Below, one piece after another: positions 1-12,145 of a stretch of 64,000 nucleotides of DNA (positions within the stretch are counted from its first letter, which is position 1; each line of letters opens with the position of its first letter). The notes under the pieces were generated by a model. That model saw only the letters and a program-made list of their open reading frames with translations. It did not search any database and was not told the DNA's origin. This DNA is from Octopus sinensis (taxonomy: Eukaryota), in contig NC_043010.1 in assembly GCF_006345805.1 (NCBI RefSeq), positions 42,408,001-42,472,000 on the forward strand. Reading direction: 5' to 3'. Position numbers and translations under genes: made by a program.

Positions 1-198
1 TACGGCCATGCTTGAGCACCGCTTTTAGTCGAACGCCAGGACTTATTCTTTGTAAGCCTAGTTCCTATCCTATCGGTTTCTTTTGTCGAACCGCTAAGTT
101 ACCGGTTAATAAATACACCACATCTGTTGTCAAGTGATGGTGGGGGACAAACACAAACACAAACACACACACACACACAAATATATATATATATATAA

Positions 199-263
<65 letters not shown>

Positions 264-434
264 ATATACGACAGGCTTCTTTCAGTTTCCGTCTACCAAA
301 TCCAGTCACAAGGCTTTGGTCGGCTCGAGGCTATAGTAGAAGGCACAAAGCGCCCAAAGTGCCACGCAGTGGAACTGAACCCAAAACCATGAGGTTGATA
401 AGCAAGCTTGTTACCACACAGCTATGCCTGCGCC
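1..434 (-). mobile_element. SINE family A (tRNA-like head, internal CA/TA microsatellite), 3' end cut by window edge
   Basis: Minus strand reads ggcgcaggcatagctgtgtggtaacaagcttgc...gggttcagttccactgcgtggcac (A/B-box-like head); same body as copies at 10164, 17805, 38942 and 45323. Confidence 0.85.
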
Positions 435-469
435 TATATATATATATAGTGTGTGTGTGTGTGTGGGTG

Positions 470-690
470 TGTGTTTGTGTGTCTATGTTTTGCCCCCCCC
501 CCTCCCAACATCGCTTGACAACCGATGCTGGTGTGTTTACGTCCCGTAGCTTAGCGGTTCGACAAAAGAGACCCATAGAATAAGTACTGGGCTTACAAAG
601 AATAAGTCCTGGGGTCTATTTGTTCGACTAAAGGCGTTAATCCAGCATGGCCACAGCCAAATGACTGAAACAAGTGAAAGAGTGAAAGAG
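470..690 (+). mobile_element. SINE family A, 3' half only
   Basis: catcgcttgacaaccgatgctggtgtgtttac...aaatgactgaaacaagtgaaagagtgaaagag tail; inverted relative to the copy at 1-434. Confidence 0.85.
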
Positions 691-720
691 TATATATTTA
701 TGTATGTATATATGTATGTA

Positions 721-813
<93 letters not shown>

Positions 814-2283
814 CATATATACTGTATGTTAAGGTATTGATATTGGAAGGTTTGGAGATATAGATATATATGTGCATATTTATAATGTTTATTCTTGTGT
901 ATATATATATATATGTGTGGTGTGTGTGTGTGTGTGCGCGCGCGTGTATATGTGTGTACAATACACTCACATACACTATGTACATACACTCCACGAGTTT
1001 GTTTTTCACGAAAGTCTCTGAGAGAGAGAGAGAAAGAGAGAGAGACCGAGAGAGAGAGACAGAGGGAGGATGCTTGTGAGTGCATGTGCGTGTAACGGTA
1101 AAGAAACAGTGAATAACTGGAGTTTTTCTTGAATAATCATCCAATCAAAGTGATATCCACTAATCTCAGTTTTCTCCCCACCTTTAATGAATTCTGAAGC
1201 CTGGTGTTGTCATTGTGTAAAATGAAAATGAAGGGAAAGAAATGCGACTGGTGTTTCTTACAGATATTCATCACGGCAACAAACTGAAATAGTTGTAAGA
1301 AAATACTGATAATCACTAGACTTATGCAGCTGACACTACTCTATCATTAATACTTCAGTGAAACCAACCTGTTTGCTAAACCTATTTATCTATATAGTGA
1401 TTAGCCCATCTATTCAACCATCTGGCGTGTATTTATTTTACCAGCCTCTATCCGTCTTCCATCTACCCAAGTTACCGTCTTACCATATAGTCAGCAAGTT
1501 ATTCTCGTGCAAGCCATCTCATTAGTTTTACTGTGTATCGTGACCACGTCGATTGCAGCTACATGTCGGGAGAGAGAAAAGTTCGAACGTAGGCTAACAT
1601 AGAAATCACACTGGAAGAATAACAGTGCAGCGAAAATTACCATGAGATGCTGAACGACAGATAGGCGAAGAGAGAGAGAGAGAGAGAGAGAGAAAGAAGA
1701 GATAAACTGTCAGGAAGGAAGAACAGAACGTCTAGCCAGAACGAGGTATGACTGTATTAAGCGATGTTCTACAGCGAGCCTTGTTCCTCGGTGGAACGGT
1801 ATAGCAACTGAAGGACCGATCACCACATACGCTTCCATACACCACACCAATACTCATAGATAACTTCACTTTACATGGACCTCTTTCCTGGCTAATGCAT
1901 GACTGCATATAGGAAATAAACGTGAGAGGCTGGTGTATACAGGCAGACTCTGTTGCAGTGTTTATCGAGCATCTAAGAATTGTTGGAGAAGGCACGAAGG
2001 AAGTAGGATTAAAACAAAAACTGAAAGAGACAGAGATTTCTCTATTAAGGTATTTCTTCTGTTCGATAGTTTGCACAGGCTTTTAGCGAGATTGTCCCAG
2101 CTGTAATATAGAATTAAATTTATATCAGCACCTCAACTCTATACGCCGCCGAATCGTACGTAGACAGGCTACTACAGTTGTTTTCGCTCTGGAAAAAGAC
2201 AGGGAGGGATATATATACATATTCAGGTCGTTGTCATAGGTGAAAAACACTGGCCCACTCTGAGAAACCTATCAGTGTTTATA

Positions 2284-2395
2284 GGAATTGTTACATTGGT
2301 GTATATACAGACGGAGACACGGATAAATTCAGTGATGGAGCTACCGACTGTCAGCCAGTCGGGGCTACTTCTGACAACAAAAACGAACAAAATCG
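2284..2395 (+). other. Possible exon end of a + strand host transcript (5' boundary unknown)
   Basis: Non-repetitive sequence ending in a good donor cg|gtaag (GT at 2396-2397), followed by pyrimidine/AT-rich sequence. No recognisable protein. Confidence 0.2.
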
Positions 2396-2550
2396 GTAAG
2401 AATCTCTTCTCATTTTCAAATCCAATATTCTATTTCATAAAATTTAATAAATTTTCGACATTTAACTGCAACTTCGATGTCTGTTCTTCTCTATTTTGAA
2501 TGGAAGCGTAATAGCTGTTATTTAACTGTCCCAGGACCTTAAACTGGCGC

Positions 2551-2623
<73 letters not shown>

Positions 2624-2637
2624 CACACATACACGCA

Positions 2638-2687
<50 letters not shown>

Positions 2688-3208
2688 CACATGCACAGTG
2701 ATACATACAGATTACTATACATACATTGACAGGTGGTTGGTCGTGATCGTGGAGAGAGCTGAAATAAATAAAGAAAATGACAAGTGGGTGTTAGAGTAAA
2801 TGGATGGGTGGGTGATGAAGCGAATGAATGGCCGATTGGGTCTAATTATTAACTTTTATTTTGTTCACAAAAATTTTGCTATTTTTTTCTTACTGGTTCA
2901 AATTTATACCACCTTTATGTCTATATTTTCCTTTAATGGCTTTTTTGGCACCAGTCGAGGCCCGGGTTGTCATTATTGTAAGCAAAATCCATTGATAAAA
3001 GGAACGGGCCATTTTAATTAAGTTCCGTTTCCACAGATAATTAATTTCATCTGTCTGTTTTTCTACTGACTTCATTAATTACTATACTCGTACACCAGGA
3101 TTAAACAGTTCAATTATGACTGATTGAAGCTGAAATTTCATGTACAATTATGTCTTTATATGGGCCGGTCTTATAAATGTTCATAAATATAGTGTGTGCG
3201 CGCGCGTG

Positions 3209-3239
<31 letters not shown>

Positions 3240-3489
3240 TGTGTGTGTGTGTATGTGTGTGTGTGTGTGTATAAAACAGACACATGTAGACACTCACACA
3301 TGCATATGAAAAAGTGAGAACGATATATAAGAATGACCACCTGGTGGAACACTATATAAAACTACAGGCAATTATGTGCACGCTTATACACGACCATACG
3401 GACAAATACACACGTATTAAATCATTCAAACTCACACAGAACACAGTCCTACAGTTCACCTACGCACATATCATACATATACCAGAGTG

Positions 3490-3539
<50 letters not shown>

Positions 3540-3636
3540 GTGTGTGTTTGTGTGTGTTTGATTGCAGAAGAAAGAAAAGGAGCACTCAATACATTTCTCA
3601 AGGTTTATATGTATTAAGTTAGCAGCACAAGATTCA

Positions 3637-4164
3637 CTCGTTCGCTACACGCCACGTGCGGGGGCGATCCTTCGGTATTGGTATACAATGTGTCGGTATG
3701 AGGAGACGACGTCATTCACACTCTTTTTCAGACTAGCCTCTTTATCTGTCATGGGAGAAGGTTGTGAGGGTGAATGACGTCGTCAACCAATACCGAAAGA
3801 TTGCCCGGACGGCGAGGGTATTCAGGCATCTCTAAAAACAAAGAATAACATTCTATATGCTATAGATTTTATTGTTGATCCAAGGCTGGATCAAAGGCTC
3901 GGCATACCGTCGCTGGTTTTACCTTTGTTGATTGAAGGCCTGCACATCCACACCGGCCATCTGTGAGTTGCGGTTCTACCGGCATGTAGGTGAAATTTCA
4001 ATGCAGAACGCAAAAAACTGATACCAGAAGGTATTCAAAGCCCCAAAAATTTCACCGCACCATCTATTTCAACTTGTACTTTATTTTATCGATCCCGAAA
4101 ATTACCCTGGTGAGTGAGTTTACAATCAGAGCGCAAATAATCGAAATTAATACCGCAAGGTATT
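3637..4164 (+). ncRNA. Candidate structured RNA segment (two long irregular hairpins, one 8-bp hairpin, one GCAA tetraloop hairpin)
   Basis: Pairings by eye: 3662-3682/3786-3806, 3705-3723/3766-3784, 3875-3894, 3904-3944/3985-4034 and aatacc-GCAA-ggtatt at 4149-4164; many G-U pairs on the + strand. Confidence 0.4.
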
Positions 4165-4469
4165 CTGTCCAATCTCGTAACGATCCTATCAAATCGCGGT
4201 TTTTGCATGCTGTATGTATGCATGTACAGGGGCAGAGAGAGGGAAAGCATATATGTAGGAACATAGGAATTGATCAAACATACTTTTGGACTATACACAT
4301 AAGCACACATTACACACGCGAACGCGCGCACACACACGGCACTCAAGAACAAACTATAAGCACACTACATCGTTTAACCGAAACAGTTGTATACACACAC
4401 AGACACACACACACCATCCGATGAGTTGGACGAGTTTTACGCGTCCACGAAACTTAAACATGTGGAGCT

Positions 4470-4695
4470 GAGCTGGCAGAAACGTTAGCACCTCGGGCGA
4501 AATGCGTAGTCGTATTTCGTCTGCCGTTAGGTTCTGAGTTCAAATTCCGCCGAGGTCCACTCTGCCTTTCATCCTTTCGGGGTCGATAAATTAAGTACCA
4601 GTTCATTGGGGTCGATGTAATCGACTTAATCCGTTTGTCTGTCCTTGTTTGTCCCCTCTGTGTTTAGCCCACTGTGGGCAATAAAGAAATAATTA
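4470..4695 (+). mobile_element. SINE family B
   Basis: gagctggcagaaacgttagcac...gagttcaaattccgccgagg...gcctttcatcctttcggggtcgataaattaagtaccag...tttagcccc; near-identical copies at 19621, 44655 and 52296. The central block resembles the Nin-type SINE domain (from memory). Confidence 0.85.
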
Positions 4696-4995
4696 TTAAG
4701 TGTGTGAGGGTGTGTGTCTGTGTGTATGTGTGTGTCTGCACGAAGTCCCTGATTTATACTACTGCGTCGCATCACGAGTAGATGTCAGTTTCTATACCTT
4801 CGGATCGACCCACTCCCTTGTGAGTGAAACTCGGCAGATAGTCGAGGGGACTGAATCAGTTATTCAAATATCCAGACCCTGTCATCTCATGTGACACACA
4901 GATTCCGCATGAGGATTATTTAATGGACAAACAATTCAGCTGATCGAAAAAAAAAGGAAAACACATCGACTACCGACAGAGAAGCATCCATGTAA

Positions 4996-5090
4996 TGTAT
5001 GTATGTATGTATGTATGTATGTATGTATGTATGTATGTATGTATGTATGTATGTAGTTGTATGTATGTATGTATGTATGTATGTTGTATG

Positions 5091-5122
<32 letters not shown>

Positions 5123-5160
5123 TGTATGTATGTATTATGTATGTATGTATGTATGTATGA
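4996..5160. repeat. (TATG)n microsatellite
   Basis: Direct observation; representative of many TA, CA, GA, TATG and TAGA arrays in the window. Confidence 0.95.
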
Positions 5161-5299
5161 ATATTGTACGAACGTATGTATGTATATATGCATGCATGTA
5201 AGTATGTATACATTTATTTATTTATGTGCGTGTCTGTATATAAAATAAAATTTATGTACATGTATATACGAGTCCAGATCGTGTACACATGCAATACAT

Positions 5300-5364
<65 letters not shown>

Positions 5365-5446
5365 TAAATATAAAACGTATGCATAATATTATATACATAT
5401 ATGTACGTACCTACCTCAACATGTATATATACACGCATATATAAGT

Positions 5447-5603
5447 ACAGGACACCAAAAAAACGTCGAACACAATGAGAAACGAAAACATAGACACAAA
5501 CCCAAGGAACTGGACATTCTTTTAAACAACAAAAAAATAGAGTACAGGACAATTAACACAAAGAAAAAACCCCTTCTTCAGTCGCCATGGTTTCATCTAC
5601 TCT
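5447..5603 (-). mobile_element. Penelope-type terminal fragment
   Basis: Minus strand gtagatgaaaccatggcgactgaagaaggggtttttctttgtg...gtcctgtac resembles the + strand fragment at 23584-23720 (gtagataagcagtgatgaagggtcgttctttatg...ccctgtac). Confidence 0.45.
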
Positions 5604-5609
5604 ATATTA

Positions 5610-5806
5610 TTTTTTAGGGAATAAAAATTCCGGCATAACAGAGGTTCAAATTATTCTCAATGAAGAAATATATTTTAATTTAGAGATAGTAGACCCCTAC
5701 ATATCACCAAATAAAAAAAATTTTCATTTTTATTTTTAAAAATATTTTATTTAAAATAAAAATAAAAATTATTTTTATTTGGTGAGATGTAGGGGTCTAC
5801 TATCTC

Positions 5807-5811
<5 letters not shown>
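5610..5811 (-). mobile_element. Fold-back Penelope-type terminal fragment (palindrome 5678-5811) next to (TA)n
   Basis: atttagagatagtagacccctacatatcaccaaataaaa is mirrored by tttatttggtgagatgtaggggtctactatctctaaat; the outer part (tagggaataaa...tagagata) resembles the 46351 element. Confidence 0.65.
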
Positions 5812-5842
<31 letters not shown>

Positions 5843-5869
5843 TTTTAAAACAAAATATATGAAGGAGGG

Positions 5870-5938
<69 letters not shown>

Positions 5939-6263
5939 TGTAAACTTAGCATTACTTGCTAAGTAATTAAACTGCGTTTTCTTCTGCTGTCCCAAAGGAA
6001 GCGAGATATTCTCCCCAGAGTTGAAAGAATCGAAACGTTATGGCGTGTTCTGAATGACCAGACAACTGTGTGTGCGCACGTGTGTGTATATGTGTGTGTG
6101 TGTTTGGTTTGTATGTATGCCAGTGTATGTACCTACCTATGTATGTGTGCATGTATGTAAGTATATATGTATGTATGTATGTATCTATGTATGTATGTAT
6201 GTATGTATGCATGTGTCTGTATACGCCTGTGTGAATGTACGTACATATATATACATAAATGTA

Positions 6264-6334
<71 letters not shown>

Positions 6335-6569
6335 TATATACACATTCCAGTTTCTCCTCCCTTCACTGCCTTATTCCCAAGGAAGACAATCTTCACAACG
6401 TTATTATATTTAACTTTCCATTTCTCTGTGAAAGAAGCTAAAAACTTTTTTGATGAACTTATTTGTCACATCTTGTAATTTGTCTTTTTTTTTGTGTAAC
6501 TATTTTCTTTTAGCTCTTCGTCATATATCAATATACCCCCGCACACACACACATATATACATATACATA

Positions 6570-6620
<51 letters not shown>

Positions 6621-6743
6621 TATATATATATATATGTATATATGTATATAGTGTGTGTGTGTACGGGGGTTTGTTGATATATATATACACATATCTGTAT
6701 ATCTGTATGTATATATATATAAATAAATCTGTATATCTGTATA

Positions 6744-6804
<61 letters not shown>

Positions 6805-6954
6805 ATATATGTTGCTGTGTGTTTGTATGTGTATGTGCGTTGTATGTATGTGATGGTATAAGGCGAGAAACAAAAGCAAAATACAAAAAAATTGCAGAAT
6901 TATTTTACAATAAAAAAACTTAGAGTTGATGAGAGGCGCGCGCACGCACGCACA

Positions 6955-7204
6955 CACACACACACACACACACAAACATACACACTCACACAAACATACA
7001 CACACTCACACAAACATACACACACTCACACAAACATACACACTCTCACACAAACATACAGACACACAAACATGCACACACTCACACAAACATACACACA
7101 CACTCACACACTCACACACACACACACACTCCTATGTTTCCGACGAAGAGCTCCGCTCGAAACGTTAAACCCTCCTTCTTCCCTTCTTTCCTGAGCATCC
7201 AATA
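6955..7204 (+). repeat. Left arm of a roughly 245-bp inverted duplication (minisatellite plus hammerhead-like element)
   Basis: Near-identical to the reverse complement of 8624-8851, including minisatellite variant units (catacagacacacaaacatgcac). Confidence 0.9.
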
Positions 7205-7270
7205 ATACTATATTTGTTCCACGTCCTCGCGTTGTTGTGTTTTGTTTTCCGCTTTCTTGTTTGGATTAAC
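7130..7270 (+). mobile_element. Short Penelope-type terminal element with minimal hammerhead-like motif
   Basis: gttt-c-CGACGA-A-gagc(tcc)gctc-GAAAC-GTT-A-aac, then ttcctgagc and a pyrimidine/GT-rich tail; related to 31203, 39877 and 61700. Confidence 0.65.
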
Positions 7271-7374
7271 TTTATATACACACATATACGCATATGTGAA
7301 TATATATGCATATAAATTTACATACATATGTTAATTATGTCCTTCTATATACGTTTATGTATACAGGCCTCATT

Positions 7375-7592
7375 CGAAAAGAGATGACAAAGGAATAGGC
7401 GATTACCTTATGAACTCTATCTTAGCCCCAAGAATGGAGTTCAAATAGCACTTCATATTTGAGAGTCCTATGAAGTTATAAAGTGTTACTCAGTCACTCA
7501 ACTATGAGAAAACTGCATCTAATACCGGAAACAGCTGTAAGCCTATACTGTTCACAAGATAATCGCTTATTCTTCTGTCATCTCTTTTTCAA
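7375..7592 (+). mobile_element. Degenerate fold-back element with inverted ends and a gaaacagctgtaag motif
   Basis: gaaaagagatgacaaaggaataggcgatta versus taatcgcttattcttctgtcatctctttttc; internal GAAAC-AGCT-GT-A hammerhead 3' half. Confidence 0.45.
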
Positions 7593-8623
7593 CTTACCAC
7601 TCTGTACTAATACCTTGGCAGAATTTTTTTAAAAAAACACATGCATACACCTGAAACAGTAAAGATTTTGTGTAACGATAGTATGATAACGGATAGTTGA
7701 TACACAATAGGATGGAATGTCGGCGTCGTTATCAGTTTGTAAGGATTGGTTCTTCGTTGATTGCCATTATGTAAAGATGAAAGAGCAGTGATTGGAGTTG
7801 TGAAGAAAATATTTACTCTTTACCGTTACATTGAACATACCTTGCCTCGACGGGCAGATGATAAAATCCTAGAGCATGCGAAGTAAAAAAGTTAATTTCG
7901 GCCTTTATGTTCTTATTGTAGTAGTATGTTCTTATTGTAGTACTAAACCATAGAGAGAGATATGGTAATGTGCAGAGAAGAGAAAGTGAGTTTGGGAAAG
8001 TGAGAGAGTGTGGGACGAAGCAACTGCTCCGTTGGTAAGTTACCATAGTTGTTCTCTTTGTACCCTTTTCTTTAGAGACGGCGTTTGTTTAGCCTGTCAG
8101 CCAGACTCCGTTCTCACTGAATTGTCACCAAACTGATTTTTGCTTGTGGTTCTTGTTTTTATAACTATCCAGAAGGATAGACATATCGTTGAGAACAATA
8201 GATTTAGTTAGTGGTCTTGCTTTCATGGTTCTAGCTTTTGGTGAAATAGAAGAGGTTAGAAAGGTCAAGTGGTGAAGACATTATTTCGGCCTAGCTAAGG
8301 CATCTGGAAAATGTAAAACTGCTGTTACAGAAAAAAAACCATTGTTCCACGGGAGAAAAGTTCTGTTGAAGTGTTAATTTAAATTTGGCTATAGTGGATC
8401 GAATCCAGTTCATGCTTGCAATGATTCACTACACACCTGTACCTCTTTGTTACTCACTTATATTTTATTCACATATCCTGGAATCTACGCTCCGTAAATA
8501 TTTTACACAGTATTTTTAATATCAAGTACATCTCTGAATAGCAAAGAGAGGATTTCTTCTCTCAGCTGGGTATCTGCAGACACTTGCAAGAATATCGTGT
8601 GGCCGGCACTTATGCACCAAGGC

Positions 8624-8851
8624 TATTGGACGCTCAGGAAAGAAGGAAAGAAGGAGGGTTTAACGTTTCGAGCGGAGCTCTTCGTCGGAAACATAGGAGT
8701 GTGTGTGTGTGTGTGTATGTTTGTGTGAGTGTGTGCATGTTTGTGTGTCTGTATGTTTGTGTGAAAGTGTGTATGTTTGTGTGAGTGTGTGTATGTTTGT
8801 GTGAGTGTGTGTATGTTTGTGTGAGTGTGTATGTTTGTGTGTGTGTGTGTG
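8624..8851 (-). repeat. Right arm of the inverted duplication of 6955-7204
   Basis: attggacgctcaggaaagaagg...tttcgagcggagctcttcgtcggaaacataggagtgtg plus the same minisatellite. Confidence 0.9.
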
Positions 8852-9229
8852 TCTTTACACTTAATATTGTTGACCACTCAGACCTAACAAGGTGCCTCAA
8901 TTTAAGTACCTAATTCAACTGAATCTTGTTTTATATATATATATTAATAGTTATCGCCAAGCTAATATGGCAGTCCATAAATATAGGACGAAAGCTGCTG
9001 TTGATTAGCTCCAAGAGGCCATCGCCTCTAGCTAGCTATATGACACACGAACCTGTATTCATTGTAACCTTCGAACAGGGGGAGGTCAGCCGCTTCCCCT
9101 TGCTGGTCAGGCATCAGCTGCCGAAACATTATCACCTGCTCTTTAGGAGGATCCTTCTTCTGAAGGGCCGTATATACAGTATTTATTTTTACTTGTTTCA
9201 GCCCGAGAGGTACCGCCATACAGGAGCGC

Positions 9230-9520
9230 CGTCATTAACCTGGCTACACTTTTAATACTTGAAACCTCCTTTGATATGTGACATTTAGTGAATGAGGGAT
9301 TTTGACGTTGTTGACCTCATCCGCGTTTCCTGTTGCGAGGTAGGTTCGTCCAAAACTCTTGATAGGAGGAAATCCAGTTTTGTTTTGAAAATACCTACAT
9401 CCATGCCATGTAAGTTTCACAATCTTTTAAAGAAGATATTGAAAAGCTGTGGGTCCTTGATACCCAACCTATTGCAGTATCTGATCCTGTATCCTGATGG
9501 CAAAGCTGGAATCTTTGGTA
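9230..9520 (-). mobile_element. CR1-like LINE 3' end (decayed)
   Basis: Minus-strand translation PKIPALPSGYRIRYCNRLGIKDPQLFNIF...FKTKLDFLLSRVLDEP, typical of a CR1-group ORF2 C-terminus. It reads like the continuation of the protein at 21540-21850. Confidence 0.7.
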
Positions 9521-9735
9521 GTATGTATAAGAAGTTAGCTTCCTAATCACACGACTCCGGATTCAGCGCTATGCAGTGGGGCTGAATCCGGAACCATCCT
9601 TTACTTGTTTCAGTCATTTGACTGCGGTCATACTGATGCATTGCCATGAAGCATTTTTGGTTAAAAGAATCGACCCTAGTACATATTTTTGGAGCCTGGT
9701 ACTTATTCCATTGATCTCTTTTACCAGCCGCTAAG

Positions 9736-9737
<2 letters not shown>
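9520..9737. mobile_element. Rearranged SINE family A (forward head, inverted head piece, minus-strand 3' half)
   Basis: aagaagttagcttcctaatcacacgactccggattcagc, then gctgaatccggaaccat (mirror image), then ttacttgtttcagtcatttgactgcgg. Confidence 0.65.
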
Positions 9738-9834
<97 letters not shown>

Positions 9835-9835
9835 C

Positions 9836-10022
9836 ATAATTGGTTTCATGCTACTTCATAAGATGAAGTAGCATGAAACAATTGTACTACTCTACCTTGG
9901 ATATACTTGTTGCTTATTTTGATTATAATCACCCCATTTGATTTATATGGATAATACCATACAAAATTCTGGTACCTTTAACTTAAGTACCATATTCATC
10001 TGAATCTAAATTTTGCTGAACT
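9836..10022 (+). mobile_element. Fold-back Penelope-type terminal fragment inside (TA)n
   Basis: Palindrome gtttcatgctacttcat-aag-atgaagtagcatgaaac. The right arm is a truncated hammerhead core (GATGA...GAAAC-AATT-GT-A). (TA)n lies on both sides. Confidence 0.65.
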
Positions 10023-10101
10023 TATATATATATAATATATATATAATATAATATAATATAATATATATATATATATATACATATATACACACACACAGAT
10101 A

Positions 10102-10141
<40 letters not shown>

Positions 10142-10163
10142 CATATATATGTATGTATATGTA

Positions 10164-10570
10164 GGCGCAAGCGTAGCTGTGTGGTAAGAAGCTAACTTCC
10201 CAACCACATGGTTCCGGGTTCAGTCCCTCCTCTTCTAGAGTATCGGGCCGACCAAAGCTTTGTGAGTGAATATGATAGACGGAAAGTGAACGAAGCTCGT
10301 CGTGTGTGTGTGTGTGTATGTTTGTGTGTGCATGCGTGCGCGCGTGTTTGTGTGTGCATGCGTGCGCGCGTGTGTGTGTGTGTCTGTGTCTGTGTTAGTC
10401 CCCCCCCACCATTGCATGACAACTGATGTTGATATGTTTACGTGCCCGTAACTTAGCGGTTCTGCAAAAGTGGCCGATAGAATAAGTACTGGGGGCGATT
10501 TCTTCAGCTAAAAAAACCCTTTAAGGCGGTGCTCTAGCATGGCCGCACTCAAAAAGACTGAAACAAGTAG
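10164..10570 (+). mobile_element. SINE family A
   Basis: ggcgcaagcgtagctgtgtggtaagaagc...internal (TG)n...gactgaaacaagtag. Confidence 0.85.
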
Positions 10571-10608
10571 AATATATATATGTGCACACACACACAGTAT
10601 AAAAAGAA

Positions 10609-10735
10609 AGGTAGGTAGGTAGGTAGGTAGGTCGGTCGGTCGGTCGGTCGGTCGGTCGGTCGGTCGGTCGGTCGGCCGGCCGGTCGGTCGGTCGATCGGT
10701 AGGTCGGTCGGTAGGTAGGTAGGTAGATAGGTAGG
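10609..10735. repeat. Compound (GGTA)n/(GGTC)n microsatellite
   Basis: Direct observation. Confidence 0.95.
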
Positions 10736-11324
10736 GATAGTAATATGGGGTTGTGAAGAAAACGTCATGTATCACGGAGAAGACCGTCTGTTAATAGAAT
10801 ACTGTCGAATGATGGGGTAAAGTGAAAATGAATGTGAAAGAAGGAATCTGGGACTGGTGAATTTTTAAATCTGGTCTATTTATAGCTCCCTCATAATTTA
10901 TTGAATTTCTTCAGCTAAAGTTGTTTAGGGATCAGTGGGTGGAGGTGAGTTTGAAAATGTCTATGAACTGACTGTGAAAGTAACGCACGTGAAATACTCA
11001 CTGCAAGAATTCCCTTCAATCGATCTTTTCTCAAACATATAAACAAGGGACTCTCATACACTCGTATTTAAACACACAGACACAAGAGAATATATTTTGG
11101 GAATTACTTTCATCCAGACATAGCTACACACATACTCAAATTCAAATCCACGTGTACATTTACATGCAAGTGATCATGTTAGATTTCTTCCGACCGCTTG
11201 AAGTATTTCAAATTTTCGCAAGATTTTTCCAAATTTTCTACTATGATTTAACTTCTATATTGTTAACATCTAGAAAAGAAAAAAAATTATGCAATTTTCG
11301 TCATCAGCATGCAAAGCATTTTTT

Positions 11325-11724
11325 GGGTCTTTTCGGTTTGAACGGCAGTTTTTTCTAGCGGTGTCATATGAAATTGTCACCCATAATTATGATCCTAGTA
11401 TCGATCTATTGCATTTCAATCTCTTTTAGGGTTAGGGTTAGGGGTGGGGGGAGGGTATCTTTTTTTCTTCACAAATGTAAATAAACCCAATCTGTTTCTT
11501 AAACGAGGGACATATTCATACGGCACAGAATAGACGTCACTGATTGGTTGAAATTGCAGAAATTGAAGAAAAAAACAACAAATATCTTACAAACTATAGA
11601 ATTTTCTCAATAAAGCCAAGAGAAAAAGATGTTTTATAAACACATTCTACCAGTATACGAAGTTTAAAATTTTTTAGTTACCTGGAAATTATGTTAAAAA
11701 CTGCCGTTCAAACCGAAAAGATCC
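11325..11724 (-). mobile_element. MITE family D (about 29-bp TIR, internal TTAGGG repeats)
   Basis: TIR gggtcttttcggtttgaacggcagtttttt / aaaaactgccgttcaaaccgaaaagatcc; imperfect 8-bp TSD catttttt/cttttttt; opposite orientation to the 29787 and 41221 copies. Confidence 0.9.
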
Positions 11725-12145
11725 CTTTTTTTTTTTTTCAAATAACGTGGAGAAAATTTGAAATATATCAAGTTGTTGGAAGAAATTTCACAAGATCCCA
11801 TGCTAGATTCAGAACCACATTCATTCATTTATTCTCATACTCAACTTTGTTTATAGCTGCATCTGACGAATCTACACAAATATATATTGCGAACTTCCAC
11901 GGAATGATAACGGGGTTTATGAAATTATAATTGGGTGCCCCTCTTGCTTATTTTAAGGTCATTCGCGACCCTATAATGTGAAGTGACAGCAAGTTGGATT
12001 CTAAACCTAGTTTGAAATTCAAACTTTATTGGTATTAACAGACAAACAGATGGACAGATTGGTGGATGGATGGATTTGGGTAGGTGGGTGAGTTAGGCAA
12101 TATAAGCAGAATATCATCGTTAATGTAGAATATTAATATTACGTA

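Noticed and set aside
1732-2076. 114-aa minus-strand ORF as a gene
   Set aside because: No homology that I recognise and no clear splice or start context.
6965-7125. CRISPR-like or coded repeat array
   Set aside because: Units are contiguous CA-derived minisatellite with no unique spacers, in a eukaryotic context.
7630-8620. Spacer of the inverted duplication as the coding core of a TIR transposon
   Set aside because: No transposase or RT motif that I could recognise, and no TSD outside the arms.
11865-11945. Additional hammerhead (gcat-CTGACGA...GAAAt...gtgc)
   Set aside because: Stems II and III are too degenerate to support a call.
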